Assembly (NCBI GenBank): GCA_030141605.1
Contig: JAQGDQ010002367.1
Span: 682,001 to 746,000 of the forward strand
Source of the DNA: Tubiluchus corallicola
Taxonomy: Eukaryota > Animalia > Priapulida
DNA length: 64,000 nt
Reading direction: 5' to 3'
Position 1 is the stretch's first letter, and every line of letters starts with the position of its first letter. This document shows positions 61,580-64,000 of the stretch, piece after piece. The position numbers were made by a program, and so were the translations under genes. The notes beneath the pieces are model-generated. The model was not told the origin of the DNA. It searched no databases and saw only the letters and a program-made list of their open reading frames with translations.

Positions 61580-63199
61580 ACTTTTTACTTCAGATGCCCC
61601 ATATACAAATATTTACATAACTACAGACAAAAATAACATAATAAAAATAATTATAAATTCACTAAAATTGCCCTAAAAACTTACATAAATTGAAAATTTG
61701 ATGATAAAAGTTCTTTCCATAATTTGAACATATTCGATTTATATAGTACATCAGAATTCACAATATTAACAACATATGTGTCATTTGAGGACCGCAGTCT
61801 ATTCTAACGCTATAAATTATGTAGATATTCTACGCTCCTGCCAGATGCGCTACAATCATGTCTTAATTTCAAAAGTTTTCGTTTTCCATTATTATGATCT
61901 TTAGAGGATTAGTTTGATAATTAGCAAATTTCTGGCCGCAATGTCGCCACTGAATACTGAATAACAATTTGCAGTGTGTCAAAATGTATGTACACGTAAA
62001 TAAAAACCAAACATGTACCAAAGTAACACAGACAGGAGTCTTAGGACGTGTTTTCAAAGATCTTCGTTTTCACACTTTTTACACTGGCATTTAGCAAGTC
62101 AATTTATATTTCAAGTTGTGTTGTTGTTATTTATGCCATTGTTACTGTCACTGTTTGATGCAGCTATTGCTGCTATTAGCGCCACCGCCACTAGAGAGCA
62201 ACTGTTGCTCCGGTTGTTGCCGCCGCTGCTCTGCTACTGCTACAGCTCCTGATTCTGCTCCTGACATTGCTGTTGCCGCTGCTACTTTTTCTGATGCTAC
62301 TGCCGTTATTTGTGCATTAGCCAAAATTGCAATAACTGAGGTAACTAGGACAGTCTACTTAAACTGCTTTTGCAGCTATTACGTCAAGGTTATTTTTAAG
62401 GTTTTTCGAAAAATTTGAAGTAATTTTGTGCTGTACTGTCAATTTTGACCAAATTGTGCATTTGCACGGGGTGCTAATTGAAGAAAAGTGTATGAACTTC
62501 TGTGTCGCCTACACTACATCACTCTGCGCCACAACATCCACAAACAAACACAGGAATAAAAGACCTTCCTGTGTGAAAGATTTGACTAAAACACAGCACA
62601 TTGAGAGATATGATGTCCCGGGGTCATGTGGCGAGGACAAAGGTCGCAGAAAATAATGAAGCGCAAATGCAACGACAATCATAAGACACGTATATAAACT
62701 TACAAAATGTTACAGATCGCTTCAGTCCTGACTCATTAACTCAGCAACAGAACCTGAGTAAGTACTATATGAGTCGAAGTCGATAGTTGCACCTGTGAAA
62801 CTTTGCAAAATTCACAGGGTTTAAGAACTTTGTGACTTTGCAAGACGGCGAAAATCTTTGGCTTGTGTAGTCTATCTAATCCGCCCAAATCAACTACGTA
62901 GGATTGGATTTCAACACATGAAATTCAGGGTTTATCATGTAATATAATTATGGCAGTAATGTTTTGAATTCAGCATTATAAATGTAGAATAGTTTTCATT
63001 ATTGAATATAGAAAAATTTTATGCCGTGTTCTTCATATTCCAAGGAATTCTCGTTGTAGTATGAGAACATGTATTGCTAATACGCATCTTCTTACAAAGA
63101 TAATTGTTAAACATACTCTGAATTTCTCGAAATTTATTGATAACTTTAATAATGTGTACTGTCAACCTTAAATACTCACATTAGCTTAACAACATTGGA

Positions 63200-63620
63200 A
63201 AAGAATAACATTTTTGTACATTATTAAGATGATAATTATGGTTTTAATACGGATAGCAACTGAACTTTATTGGACGTTGAACAGCGAGATATTAATACCT
63301 CAACTTACGTACGATGAAACTGAAACTAACTCTTTGGATCAATTAATTAATTAATTAATTAATTAATTAATTTAGTTACTTATGTTGCTACCATTATACA
63401 GACTTGTCAATGTATTGCATTATGATATGCGGATAAAGATGACATCTATATTAAATCAGTTGTCCAATATCTCAATATCTTTTCAAGAAAATGGTTATAA
63501 TGAGAACTTAGTTACAAACCCTTGTTAGTAATCAAAAGCACGAACTAAAGCGCCTATAGTAGTGGTTTGAACCCGTGTATGTATGTTTATCTTATGCTCT
63601 AAGTTTGTCAAACAAAATTG
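63200..63620 (+). mobile_element. Possible highly decayed Penelope-type RT thumb fragment, interrupted by (TTAA)n
   Basis: Traces of LLDV.., IFQENGY and EPVYVCLSY in the order expected for a PLE (FLDV..NGYP..PVYLxLPY); very degenerate. Confidence 0.3.
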
Positions 63621-64000
63621 CAAACTAGATGAGATCTGAACGATTTACTGATATTAGTTGGACATTTAGATTTTAAAAATTTAAATATTTAAATATTGAT
63701 ATTAGCTACGCGTTTTTAAAGGAATCACGATTATTTGGATTGGTTACTATTTTTCGTAATCAGCCGGGAATTACAAAAATTCGGTGCGTTTGGGAAAATA
63801 CACGGAAGTTGACGAAACACGTAATCTTCACAACTTGCGACTCATTTGTAAATGGATATTACATGGATATTTCCCATGCCGTGCATACAGCTTACGTAGT
63901 TTATTGATGTTTACTTTGGAAACTAGTGCAAAGCAATGCTTTCAGTTAGTTAGTTATATATATATCTATATATATATATAGAGATAGATAAATAATGATA

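Noticed and set aside
62013-62418. Ala/Cys/Leu-rich ORFs
   Set aside because: (GCT/GCC)-rich low-complexity sequence.

Overview
AT-rich, intron-containing animal (invertebrate-type) genomic DNA. Four protein-coding genes can be assembled with canonical GT-AG splice sites and consistent phases: (1) SHPRH (SNF2 ATPase-PHD-RING E3 ligase), minus strand, with a single-exon 4.5-kb CDS; (2) a Rab34/Rab36 small GTPase, plus strand, 9 coding exons, 266 aa; (3) DRC5/TCTE1 (LRR dynein regulatory complex subunit), minus strand, 4 coding exons, 459 aa, with an RFX X-box upstream; (4) a 9-cysteine TGF-beta ligand resembling Maverick/Panda, minus strand, 2 exons, 417 aa, with a very basic mature N-terminus. 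The rest is introns and intergenic DNA, including about 20 kb without recognisable genes (31-50 kb). It contains transposon remnants: a Naiad/Chlamys-type Penelope-like retroelement, CR1/L2-like, RTE-like and other LINE fragments, tRNA-derived SINEs, several MITEs including a TGT..ACA element with a 5-bp TSD, a probable non-autonomous Helitron, and many microsatellites. No clearly new multi-gene system is demonstrable. The best leads are the intronless SHPRH, the polybasic Maverick-like ligand, a phased ~50-bp CCAAT array in its intron, the Naiad-like element and the Ginger-like MITE. All family assignments come from recalled motifs, not database searches.
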